This document shows positions 29,681-38,323 of a DNA stretch of 64,000 nucleotides, piece after piece. Under the pieces are notes generated by a model. It worked only from the letters and a program-made list of their open reading frames with translations. It was not told the DNA's origin and did no database searches. Origin of the DNA: Ignavibacteriales bacterium (GTDB taxonomy: Bacteria > Bacteroidota > Ignavibacteria > UBA10030 > UBA8401); contig JBBINR010000007.1 in the NCBI GenBank assembly GCA_037443785.1, forward strand, positions 2,709-66,708, in the 5' to 3' direction. Within the stretch, counting starts at the first letter, position 1. Each line of letters starts with the position of its first letter. Made by a program: the position numbers and the translations under genes.

Positions 29681-29934
29681 ACAGTGTTTCTAGGAAAAAC
29701 TCCATAATAAAGGTTAATCAGGCTGGCAAGTGTTGTATAGCTATTCAACAAAATCAACGGAAGATTGTTTAATCCTACCGCTTGCAGCATCAGCATTCCT
29801 GCGCCGAGAGCATACATTAACAGAAATGATTTTTGCATTGCCACTTTTCCCTTTTTAATTGTTTCCATCGTTTGAGGTATCCAGCAGATTCCAAGGAAAA
29901 TGAATCCGCCGTATCCAAGTATGTCAAGCATCAT
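29677..29934 (-). CDS. SemiSWEET-like PQ-loop small membrane protein (MtN3/saliva family, 85 aa, three TM helices).
   Basis: MMLDILGYGGFIFLGICWIPQTMETIKKGKV...NLPLILLNSYTTLASLINLYYGVF has the PQ motif in TM1 and the overall pattern of bacterial SemiSWEETs. Start placed at ATGATG 29934. The longer track ORF (to 30195) overlaps the deaminase gene in another frame. Confidence 0.6.
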   Translation of the reverse strand: MMLDILGYGGFIFLGICWIPQTMETIKKGKVAMQKSFLLMYALGAGMLMLQAVGLNNLPLILLNSYTTLASLINLYYGVFPRNTV

Positions 29935-29935
29935 A

Positions 29936-30403
29936 TCAATAATGTATTTTATCTTGTTTTTGTTCCCATGCCCGAAACGCTGCGAGCCCTTCATTGCGGA
30001 GAATTTGGACGGTGGGAATTTTACGTTGATGAACTTCTTTGGTGAGTTCGTTGTAAAGGAAAAGATCGTCGAAATCAATTTTCGCTGCATCCTCCCTGCT
30101 GTTGGCAAAAAATATTTTTTGAGGACGCGCCCAATAAATCGCACCCAGGCACATCGGGCATGGTTCACATGATGTGTACACTTCACACCCTTCAAGTTGA
30201 AACGTATTCAAGACGTTACACGCTTCACGGATCGCAACAATTTCGGCATGAGCTGTCGGATCATTGCTCCGTGTAACGGAATTTGTACCACGCGCAATTA
30301 TTTTCCCGTTTTTCACGATAATGCATCCAAAAGGACCGCCCCCCTGTTTCACGTTTTCGATCGAAAGGCGGATCGCCTCCCGCATAAACAATTCATCATT
30401 CAT
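29936..30403 (-). CDS. CDA-fold nucleoside deaminase, Bacillus GuaD-like guanine deaminase (alternatively a TadA-like enzyme).
   Basis: GGPFGCIIVKNGKIIARGTNSVTRSNDPTAHAEIVAIREA...YTSCEPCPMCLGAIYWAR is a zinc-binding H(A)E ... PCxxC motif set. It resembles B. subtilis GuaD across the whole length as I recall it. Confidence 0.7.
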   Translation of the reverse strand: MNDELFMREAIRLSIENVKQGGGPFGCIIVKNGKIIARGTNSVTRSNDPTAHAEIVAIREACNVLNTFQLEGCEVYTSCEPCPMCLGAIYWARPQKIFFANSREDAAKIDFDDLFLYNELTKEVHQRKIPTVQILRNEGLAAFRAWEQKQDKIHY

Positions 30404-30430
30404 AAAGTATTTTTCTACTGCAGCGCCGTA

Positions 30431-31789
30431 TTAACCCAACAATTCTTTAATTGCGTCCTGAATTGTCTCGACGCCAACAATCGATATTCCATCCGTTGAT
30501 TTTAATTTTCGCGCATTTGATTTTGGCGTAACAATTTTCTTAAAACCTAACTTTGCTGCCTCCTGGACACGTTTATCACAATGTGCGATCGTTCTGATTT
30601 CTCCTCCCAATCCGATTTCACCAACCGCTACCGTCAGAGAATCAACCGGAACGTCTCGCAGTGATGAAACAATCGATGTTGCAATGCCAAGATCTACCGC
30701 GGGTTCGTCGATACGAATCCCCCCCGCAACATTGACAAACACATCATGGGCACCGACATTAACACCAACACGTTTATCCAATACGGCAAGAAGCATTGAA
30801 AGCCGGCGTCCATCAAATCCCGTTGCCGTACGCTGCGGCATTCCGTAATTGCTCGTTGAGACCAAGGCCTGCACTTCAATCAACAATGGCCGCGTTCCTT
30901 CCAGTGTAGAAACAATTGTTGCACCGCTTGCTCCGTACGTTCGCTCTGAAAGAAAAACTTCCGAGGGATTCAAAACCTCTCGCAGTCCCGTATCATGCAT
31001 TTCAAAAATGCCGATTTCATTCGTCGATCCAAACCTGTTTTTAATCGCACGAAGAATTCTATACGCGTAATGACGTTCTCCTTCAAACTGAAGAACAGTA
31101 TCAACCATGTGTTCAATCACACGCGGACCGGCAATCACTCCCTCTTTCGTTACATGGCCGATTAAAATGATCGGGACATGTTTCGTTTTTGCAATCCGTG
31201 TCAGCAATGCTGTCGATTCGCGAACCTGTCCAACACTTCCTGGAGCACTTTCTAGGTTTGGATGAAAGAGAGTTTGTATGGAATCGATGATGACGAGATC
31301 AGGAATGGAACGTTCAATAATATCAGCGATAATTTCTAAATTCGTTTCAGGTAAAATCTGGATTGAATCCGAAATTTTCCCGAGGCGCTCTGCGCGGAGT
31401 TTTACTTGCTTTGGCGATTCTTCGCCGGTAACATACAAAACGACTTTCTTTTGTAATTGCAGTGCAACTTGCATCATTAATGTCGATTTTCCAATGCCCG
31501 GATCGCCGCCAAGAAGAATTACGCTTCCGCCTACCACACCGCCGCCAAGCACGCGGTCAAACTCAGCGATCGTCGTAGAAAAACGAACATCATCAATTGA
31601 ATCAACATCCGACAGGGCAATCGGATCAAGTTTCGATGCAACACCGCCCGATTTCCTTGCAACGGCAGCAGGGACAGAAACTTCTTCAACAAATGTGTTC
31701 CATTCGTTGCAGTTCGGACATTTTCCGGTCCATCGCGGTGAAACATAACCGCATGATTGGCAAACATATTTGGAGTTTTGTTTCGACAT
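30431..31789 (-). CDS. radA: DNA repair protein RadA/Sms.
   Basis: N-terminal zinc finger YVCQSCGYVSPRWTGKCPNCNEWNTF. The Walker A site GDPGIGKSTL, the RadA KNRFG motif and a C-terminal Lon-like domain. Confidence 0.93.
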   Translation of the reverse strand: MSKQNSKYVCQSCGYVSPRWTGKCPNCNEWNTFVEEVSVPAAVARKSGGVASKLDPIALSDVDSIDDVRFSTTIAEFDRVLGGGVVGGSVILLGGDPGIGKSTLMMQVALQLQKKVVLYVTGEESPKQVKLRAERLGKISDSIQILPETNLEIIADIIERSIPDLVIIDSIQTLFHPNLESAPGSVGQVRESTALLTRIAKTKHVPIILIGHVTKEGVIAGPRVIEHMVDTVLQFEGERHYAYRILRAIKNRFGSTNEIGIFEMHDTGLREVLNPSEVFLSERTYGASGATIVSTLEGTRPLLIEVQALVSTSNYGMPQRTATGFDGRRLSMLLAVLDKRVGVNVGAHDVFVNVAGGIRIDEPAVDLGIATSIVSSLRDVPVDSLTVAVGEIGLGGEIRTIAHCDKRVQEAAKLGFKKIVTPKSNARKLKSTDGISIVGVETIQDAIKELLG

Positions 31790-31880
31790 ATCAGAATAAA
31801 TATAACGACAAAGTCAGAGAGGCACAAAGTTTAATTTGTTCCTCTGAAAACGCTTTACGAGGAAACTTACCGGCTGAGCA

Positions 31881-33143
31881 CTACTTTACCAGCCACAAAC
31901 TCAATTCCGGCACGTATGTGATAATAAGAAGTGCAATAAAAAGAACAGCAATAAACGGAAGTGTTGCGAACGCTACTTCTCCGATTGATTTTTTGAATCG
32001 GAAACTTGCCATAAATAAATTCAATCCGACCGGCGGCATCAAGTACGCAATTTCTAAATTGGCAAGGAAAATAATTCCAAGATGAATCGGGTCAATGCCG
32101 TATTGCTGTGCAACCGGCACAATCAGCGGCACAACAACAATTGCCGAAAAAATTTCCATCATCATTCCGATAGCAAGAAGAAAAAGATTGAGAAGGACCA
32201 AAAAGAATGTTCTGCTCTCCACGACGGAACTGATATAAGAAAATAACTGCTGGGGCACTTGCTGATCAATGAGGTAACTTGTTAATCCCATCGCGCATCC
32301 GAGAATCATCAAGATTGCTCCGACAAGCACCATGCTTTCTTTCATTACGCGGGGAACATCAGTCGTAAACTTCAAATCTTTGTAAATGAATACCTCCACA
32401 ACAAAAACATAGAATGCGGTTACAGCCGCCGCTTCCGTTGCCGTGAAAAATCCGCCGTAAATTCCGCCAATAATAAAGAATGGAAGAGGAAGTTCCCAAG
32501 CCGATGCAAAGAGTGCTTTTTTGACTTTTTTTAACTCAAACGGATGCCGCGGAACATGCGATTTCGCACCCTGTTGAATTCCATAGATCGCAATTACCAA
32601 AACTAAAATAATTCCCGGTACGATACCGGCTTTAAAAAGTGAGTCGACGGAAACCCCGGCAAATGTTCCGTACAAAATAATCGGCAGTGACGGTGGAAAT
32701 AATAATCCAAGGCTTCCAGATGTGGTGACAAGGCCAAGGGAAAATTTTTCAGAGTACTTTTCCGAAAGCAGAATTGGAAAAACAAGTCCACCAAGCGCGA
32801 CAATCGTTACGCCTGATCCGCCTGTAAACGCAGTAAAAATAGCACATGTTATCAGAACAACAATTGCCAAACCGCCCGGCATCCATCCGATAATTGATTG
32901 AGCCAGTGCAACTGTTCGTTGAGGCGCTTTGCTTTCGGCAAGAAAATATCCGGCAACGGTAAACAGCGGGATCGCAAGCAATACCGGCTGATCGGCAAGA
33001 CGATACAATTCGATCATGATTGCGGCAGTATCAATTCCTTCTTTTGAAAAGCCGATAATTGAAATTGAACCGATGATCGTAAACAGCGGCGTTCCAATGA
33101 GAACAAAAATGACAAGAACAATAGCAATGTAAAGTATCGGCAT
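31881..33143 (-). CDS. TRAP transporter large permease subunit (DctM family).
   Basis: 420 aa, about 12 TM helices, DctM-type. Confidence 0.85.
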   Translation of the reverse strand: MPILYIAIVLVIFVLIGTPLFTIIGSISIIGFSKEGIDTAAIMIELYRLADQPVLLAIPLFTVAGYFLAESKAPQRTVALAQSIIGWMPGGLAIVVLITCAIFTAFTGGSGVTIVALGGLVFPILLSEKYSEKFSLGLVTTSGSLGLLFPPSLPIILYGTFAGVSVDSLFKAGIVPGIILVLVIAIYGIQQGAKSHVPRHPFELKKVKKALFASAWELPLPFFIIGGIYGGFFTATEAAAVTAFYVFVVEVFIYKDLKFTTDVPRVMKESMVLVGAILMILGCAMGLTSYLIDQQVPQQLFSYISSVVESRTFFLVLLNLFLLAIGMMMEIFSAIVVVPLIVPVAQQYGIDPIHLGIIFLANLEIAYLMPPVGLNLFMASFRFKKSIGEVAFATLPFIAVLFIALLIITYVPELSLWLVK

Positions 33144-33655
33144 TAGTGCACCGCCTCCTCAATTTCCCAATTCCCTTTTACAATTTCCGTAATCCATTGC
33201 AACGCATGCACGGCAAATCGAAATGATATCAATGCATATCCTGCAGGAATAATGGAGATAAAATACCACCGCGACAGATTTAAGATCAAAATGCTGTCGG
33301 ATTCCATTTCCAACTGCACAAAGGAGATTGCCGCTTGCATCAACAAAAACGTGACCACAGCGGCGAAGATGTTGGTGAAAACAAAAAATACTTTTCTTAT
33401 TTTTTGCGGAACGATCTTACTGATGAATTCGATACGCAGATGGCGTCTCTGCCCGGTTGCAATCACCGCTCCTAAAAAACCAACCCACAACACAAGATGC
33501 CGTAAAAAAATATCACCCCATTCAATACTGCTATGGAAAAAATTTCTCAGGACAACCTGCCCAAACGCCATAACAATCATCAGGCCGAGAAGGCCAATCA
33601 TCATCCATCCGGAAACCGCATCAAGCCAGCGGTCAATAAATTTCAGAATCTTCAT
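33143..33655 (-). CDS. TRAP transporter small permease subunit (DctQ family).
   Basis: 170 aa with four TM helices. Its stop overlaps the dctM start. Confidence 0.8.
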   Translation of the reverse strand: MKILKFIDRWLDAVSGWMMIGLLGLMIVMAFGQVVLRNFFHSSIEWGDIFLRHLVLWVGFLGAVIATGQRRHLRIEFISKIVPQKIRKVFFVFTNIFAAVVTFLLMQAAISFVQLEMESDSILILNLSRWYFISIIPAGYALISFRFAVHALQWITEIVKGNWEIEEAVH

Positions 33656-34650
33656 TTTCCGCCCTTTGCACGAAATTCTGCCAGCGATTTTTCAACTCGA
33701 TTTAACAAATCTTCCGTGAAAAGTTTTCCAACCAATGCTTTTCGCGATCGTTTTCCAATCTCATCATACGTTTTTACTTCGCTCGGATCAGGTTTGACAA
33801 AATGCATTCCGTTCTTCTTTAAAATATCGAGAGATTTTGCGTTATCCTTGCGGCTTTGTTCGGTCAATTTGCGCATATACTGCTTTCCATTTTTTAAAAG
33901 GATCTGCTGCAAATCGCTCGGCAATTTATCAAACTCCTTTTTGGAAATGACCACTGCACCGGACGCGTTGGTGATCGGATATTCCATTAAGTAACTTGTT
34001 GCCGTGTTCCATTGCAGCGTTAGGATCGCATACGGCGATGCATACGCCCCTGTGATCAATCCTGTTTGAAGCGATGTGATGACATCCTGCAATTTCAATT
34101 GAATTGGACTGATGCCGACCGCATTAAACATTGCCGACGCAACAGGATCGCCTTCCCACTGCCACATTTTTACACTTTGGAGATCGCTGACTTTTGAAAC
34201 GGGAGTTTTAGAAATGATGTAGACAGTTCCAACTTCCGCCCATCCAAGCAGCACAAATCCGTTATTTTCAAATTCCCTGCGGAATTCTTCATCGAATCGA
34301 TCAAGAATGAAATCAACTTCAGCCTGAGTCTTAAAGAAAAACGGAAGGTCGAGCACACGCACCGGTTTTGCAATTTCACTGATACCATTTCCCGTTATTC
34401 CTTCGCTGTGAAACTGTCCGAGGCGAATCTTGCGAAGCACATCCTGTTCATCTCCGGCAACGCTTCCCGCCCAAATCTTAAATCCGAGTTTTCCGCCGCT
34501 TTCTTTTCGTACTGCCGCATCGTATTCTTTCATAATGTTCACCCACGAGCTGCCGTCGGGCGCAACAGTTGCAAATTTAACGATGTGCTCTTGTGAAACA
34601 AGAAGTGAGTTAAAAAGGAACAGATAAACTGCAATGAGTGTTATTTTCAT
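33652..34650 (-). CDS. TRAP transporter solute-binding subunit (DctP family).
   Basis: 332 aa with a signal peptide. A DctP-type periplasmic binding protein that overlaps dctQ by 4 bp. Confidence 0.8.
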   Translation of the reverse strand: MKITLIAVYLFLFNSLLVSQEHIVKFATVAPDGSSWVNIMKEYDAAVRKESGGKLGFKIWAGSVAGDEQDVLRKIRLGQFHSEGITGNGISEIAKPVRVLDLPFFFKTQAEVDFILDRFDEEFRREFENNGFVLLGWAEVGTVYIISKTPVSKVSDLQSVKMWQWEGDPVASAMFNAVGISPIQLKLQDVITSLQTGLITGAYASPYAILTLQWNTATSYLMEYPITNASGAVVISKKEFDKLPSDLQQILLKNGKQYMRKLTEQSRKDNAKSLDILKKNGMHFVKPDPSEVKTYDEIGKRSRKALVGKLFTEDLLNRVEKSLAEFRAKGGK

Positions 34651-34733
34651 GACTACCCTTATAAAAAATCGTCGTAATACTCTATAGCCGCAAAGACTAT
34701 TATTTTTTTGCAGCCTTCGTGAAAGTGTAAAAC

Positions 34734-35612
34734 TTAATAAAAGAAATCGTCAACTTTTCCGGCGAGCTGTTTTGCTTTTCGCTTCGCAATCGAATTCACA
34801 AGGCGCTGCTCAGGAAGAATATCGATAGAGATTTCGTCAACTGTTTGTAACGATTTTAAAAACAATTCTTTATCCTGAATTTGAACGCAGTAACTTTTTG
34901 CCATATACACGTACGGAAGCAGAAGTTTTTTCTGCCCGAGTTCAAGACATCGGTCAAAATGATATTTTGCACTGTCCGGCTTGCCGCCAAGATTTTTTGG
35001 AATCGTTGCAAGAATCGTCCCAAAATATAAATGGGCTCCGCCGTAAAAATATCCTTCGTCGTTCTTCAATACAAATTCCATCATCGCATTGACTTTCGGA
35101 AGATCGCCGACGATTGCCGGATCGGAAATGCTGACATTGATAAGGTTTCCCCATGCATTGGCCGTCCAAAAAACAACCGGCACATCGTCTTTGCCAAATG
35201 ATTCAAGACTCTTCTTAAACGAATCGTTATCACCGTCAAACGCATCGGCAAACTTTTTATTTTTCTTCAAGATGTGAAGCCCGTAATTCCGTGCCCGTGC
35301 ATAGAGCATTTTTGCCCGCTCTGCATCAACATCTTCTACAAAACCGAGTGTGTAACCGGTATATCCCTGCAGCAATAAAAATCCGAGGTGATCGTCGTTT
35401 TGATCTTTGGCTCGATACAGGGCCTCAAGCAACGTGAGATTTCCGGGAATTGCTTTTTCGGCAAGATCGAGATCGGATTCTTCAAAGATTGAAATAAGTC
35501 CGTAATCGACAATATTTGTGGTTGCGTTAACGGCGACCGTGTTTACCACTCCGCAGGACCAGGTATTGAAAAGGAAAATGACCGAAAAGAAAGTAAGGAT
35601 GCTCAGTTTCAT
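34734..35612 (-). CDS. TatT-family TPR-like protein (TRAP-transporter-associated T component).
   Basis: 292 aa, secreted (signal peptide, Cys at position 20), helical-repeat rich. It sits first in the TRAP operon, as in TPAT systems. Family assignment is from recalled similarity, not a database search. Confidence 0.5.
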   Translation of the reverse strand: MKLSILTFFSVIFLFNTWSCGVVNTVAVNATTNIVDYGLISIFEESDLDLAEKAIPGNLTLLEALYRAKDQNDDHLGFLLLQGYTGYTLGFVEDVDAERAKMLYARARNYGLHILKKNKKFADAFDGDNDSFKKSLESFGKDDVPVVFWTANAWGNLINVSISDPAIVGDLPKVNAMMEFVLKNDEGYFYGGAHLYFGTILATIPKNLGGKPDSAKYHFDRCLELGQKKLLLPYVYMAKSYCVQIQDKELFLKSLQTVDEISIDILPEQRLVNSIAKRKAKQLAGKVDDFFY

Positions 35613-35775
35613 ATATGAGAAATATAGAAAGAAGTTGCTGATTATCCAAGATTAGAGAAAACGGGATCGTGCATTTTTACATTGAATCGTCCCTTGCTTC
35701 CTTTTTTTTATTCGCCTACTTTTACTACGGAAGGCTGCACCATTCTGAATGTAATCTGCAAACTTCAAAAACTAT

Positions 35776-36471
35776 ATGAAAAAGGCGAACTCAAATTTTC
35801 AGATCCTTATTATCGAGGATGAAAAAAAAATCTCTGCTCTTATCCGGAAGGGATTGGAAGGAGAACATTACAGCGTCACCGAATCGTTTGACGGTGAAAA
35901 AGGTGAACAACTGCTCGCAAAACAGCAGTTCGATCTTGTTCTTCTTGATATCATGCTTCCGAAGAAGGACGGCTTATCCGTTTTGAAATCTTTGCGGGAA
36001 AATAACAATGACATCCCCGTCCTCATGCTGACAGCGAAAGGAACCGTTGATGATCGTGTAAAAGGCTTGGACACGGGGGCGGATGATTATCTCGTAAAAC
36101 CGTTCGCCGTTAGTGAGATGCTGGCCCGCGTTCGATCGCTGCTTCGAAGAAAAAAAGGAACGGAGAAATCGGCAACGACATTAACCATTGCCGATCTCTC
36201 TCTGGATCTTGTTGCCCACAAAGCGAGCCGCGGCGGCAAAGTTATTGAACTGACATCGAAAGAGTTTGCGCTGCTGGAATATTTTATTCGCAACAAAAAT
36301 AAGCCGCTGAATCGAAGCACAATTACCGAACATATCTGGAATTATAATTTTGACACCGGTACTAATATTATTGATGTTTATATTAACCACCTTCGAAGTA
36401 AGATCGACGGCGAATTTAACACTAAACTGCTTCATACCGTTCGCGGTATCGGCTATATCATGAAAGACTAA
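35776..36471 (+). CDS. OmpR-family response regulator (REC plus winged-helix).
   Basis: LIIEDE...DLVLLDIMLP phospho-acceptor region and a C-terminal Trans_reg_C domain (TVRGIGY). Confidence 0.9.
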   Translation: MKKANSNFQILIIEDEKKISALIRKGLEGEHYSVTESFDGEKGEQLLAKQQFDLVLLDIMLPKKDGLSVLKSLRENNNDIPVLMLTAKGTVDDRVKGLDTGADDYLVKPFAVSEMLARVRSLLRRKKGTEKSATTLTIADLSLDLVAHKASRGGKVIELTSKEFALLEYFIRNKNKPLNRSTITEHIWNYNFDTGTNIIDVYINHLRSKIDGEFNTKLLHTVRGIGYIMKD

Positions 36472-36480
36472 TATCAAACG

Positions 36481-38013
36481 ATGAAATTTTTACGAACCAT
36501 ACGTGTAAAACTAACATTATATTACACGCTCATCGTTGGAGCGACGTTGATCGGATTCGCCGTTGCATCATATTATTTTACGGAGCAAAGCCTCCTTTCA
36601 AATTTAGATCGATCCCTCTACAACGAAGTCGTTTGGCTCAAAAATTTCGTCGAACCGGAAGCTCGTAAGGTAAAGCTGAAAAAACAACGGATAAAACCAA
36701 AACGCCAGGCTGCCAATGAAAAAAAATCATCGACCCAGTCGATTAGGAAGAGCGATGAAATTGAAATGGTGCAAAACGATTCTGTCGATGTAGAATTTGA
36801 CGCGATCTGGAATCAAATTTATGAGCACACACTGCTGACACCGAAAAAACAAATTATTCAAATCCGTGACCGTAACAACGACATTCTTTATAAATCCGGC
36901 CTTGGCAAAGAAGTGATCGAGTACGATGATATTCCGTTCAACAGCACACGTTTGGTGACAATTTGGAATTCCTCTTCGCAACAGATCAGACTTGCCGTCA
37001 GCCAGGATCAATACATGAAAGTGTACGTTGCCTACCCGATCTCAGAAGTCAGTGATGTGCTCAGCAATCTTTTTTCTATCTTTATTTATTTTATTCCAGT
37101 CGCATTGATTGTTTCTGTTTTTGGCGGATATTTTCTCGCGCTTCGTTCATTCAAACCGGTCGATGACATTCGCCGTACTGCTTTGGCAATTACTGCTCAA
37201 AATCTTGATAAACGAATACAATATACCGGCGTTGACGATGAACTGGGAAAACTTGTGGCAACATTTAATGAAATGATCGGCCGATTACAAAACTCCTTCA
37301 GTCAAATACAGCAGTTTTCCATTGATGCGTCGCATGAACTTCGCACCCCGTTGACCATTATGCGCGGTGAATTAGAACTTGCACTCCATGCCAAAAAATA
37401 TTCGACAAAAGAATATCACGATGTGCTTTCCAGCTTATTTGAAGAAACTATTCGAATGACAAGCATTATCGAAAATCTTCTTTCGCTGACAAAAGCGGAT
37501 ATTGGACGTGGTCACACGGAATTTCATGACGTATGGCTCCGTGAAATTGTCGAGGAATTAAGTGAAGACAGCGAAATGCTTGCGGAGAATAAGCACATCA
37601 AAGTAAAAGTAGCTGCCCTTGATGATGCGTTGATTTCGGGTGATCATGTTCGTCTCCGTCAATTGTTGTTGAACCTAATCGATAATGCAATCAAATACAC
37701 AGCCGAAAAAGGAACGGTCACCCTGGCGTTGACACGTACTGACGGCGCTGCGAAAATTTCTGTTTCCGATACCGGCATCGGCATTCCTAAAGAAGAGCAA
37801 TTAAAAATCTTCGACCGATTTTACCGCGTTGATAAGGCACGATCACGCGAAATGGGCGGCAGCGGACTTGGCCTTTCTATTTCAAAATGGATCGCCGAAC
37901 TTCATGGAGGCACACTTTCCGTTGAAAGCGAACCAAACGTTGGTTCAACATTCACCGTCACACTTCCTTTAAAACATTCCAAGCCTGACCAATTGGAAAT
38001 TTTCAAATCGTAA
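36481..38013 (+). CDS. Sensor histidine kinase (two TM segments, HAMP, HisKA, HATPase_c).
   Basis: H-box SHELRTPLT, N-box LLLNLIDNAIKYT, G-boxes DTGIGIP and GGSGLGLSI. 510 aa. Confidence 0.9.
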   Translation: MKFLRTIRVKLTLYYTLIVGATLIGFAVASYYFTEQSLLSNLDRSLYNEVVWLKNFVEPEARKVKLKKQRIKPKRQAANEKKSSTQSIRKSDEIEMVQNDSVDVEFDAIWNQIYEHTLLTPKKQIIQIRDRNNDILYKSGLGKEVIEYDDIPFNSTRLVTIWNSSSQQIRLAVSQDQYMKVYVAYPISEVSDVLSNLFSIFIYFIPVALIVSVFGGYFLALRSFKPVDDIRRTALAITAQNLDKRIQYTGVDDELGKLVATFNEMIGRLQNSFSQIQQFSIDASHELRTPLTIMRGELELALHAKKYSTKEYHDVLSSLFEETIRMTSIIENLLSLTKADIGRGHTEFHDVWLREIVEELSEDSEMLAENKHIKVKVAALDDALISGDHVRLRQLLLNLIDNAIKYTAEKGTVTLALTRTDGAAKISVSDTGIGIPKEEQLKIFDRFYRVDKARSREMGGSGLGLSISKWIAELHGGTLSVESEPNVGSTFTVTLPLKHSKPDQLEIFKS

Positions 38014-38049
38014 ATTTGTGTTGTTTAAATTTCAACTTTATTCAAACCA

Positions 38050-38300
38050 CAATTGTCATTCCCGCGGTTTTTGGCGGGTCCGAAGGACTCCTTTGGAGAA
38101 TCCACCAATGAATGCCCGATAGAAACATTCGGGCATGACTGACACAGTGAAACTAAAACACTGCCTGGCACTTCAATTTATTGCATCTCGCCCGTCGAAT
38201 TAGTATTATTTTCCATTTGTTATCTCAAAATCAAAATTAGTCATTGCGAGACGTTTTCTCGCCGGAGTCCCGCTGTACGGGACTCCGTACAGCGGAGCAA
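38050..38300. repeat. Leader rich in hairpins and short dispersed repeats (gtcattcccgcgg / gtcattgcgag units, cccgatagaaacattcgg hairpin, mutually exclusive GC hairpins) upstream of the APC permease.
   Basis: gtcatt unit at 38055 and gtcattgcgag at 38240..38250 (also at 17286..17296). gcccgatagaaacattcgggc hairpin at 38114..38134 (18-nt core also at 8768..8785). Hairpin ggagtccc/gggactcc (38264..38286) overlaps ccgctgtacgg/ccgtacagcgg (38270..38295). Confidence 0.55.
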
Positions 38301-38323
38301 TCTTATTAAACGAGGAACAATGA

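Noticed and set aside
29935-30195. 172-aa minus-strand ORF (29677..30195) extending the small PQ-loop gene across the deaminase gene.
   Set aside because: The N-terminal 87 codons lie inside the GuaD-like gene on the same strand in a different frame, and have no membrane-protein character. The start was reassigned to ATGATG at 29934.
29936-30403. Initial call of this gene as the tRNA adenosine deaminase TadA.
   Set aside because: Full-length similarity, including the C-terminal 40 residues (FDDLFLYNEL...AFRAWEQ), fits the Bacillus GuaD guanine-deaminase subgroup better than TadA. TadA is kept only as an alternative.
38160-38190. Sigma-54 promoter-like string ctGGcacttcaatttattGCat upstream of the APC permease.
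   Set aside because: The GG and GC elements are about 16 nt apart start to start, not the canonical 12. The spacing is incompatible with a -24/-12 promoter.
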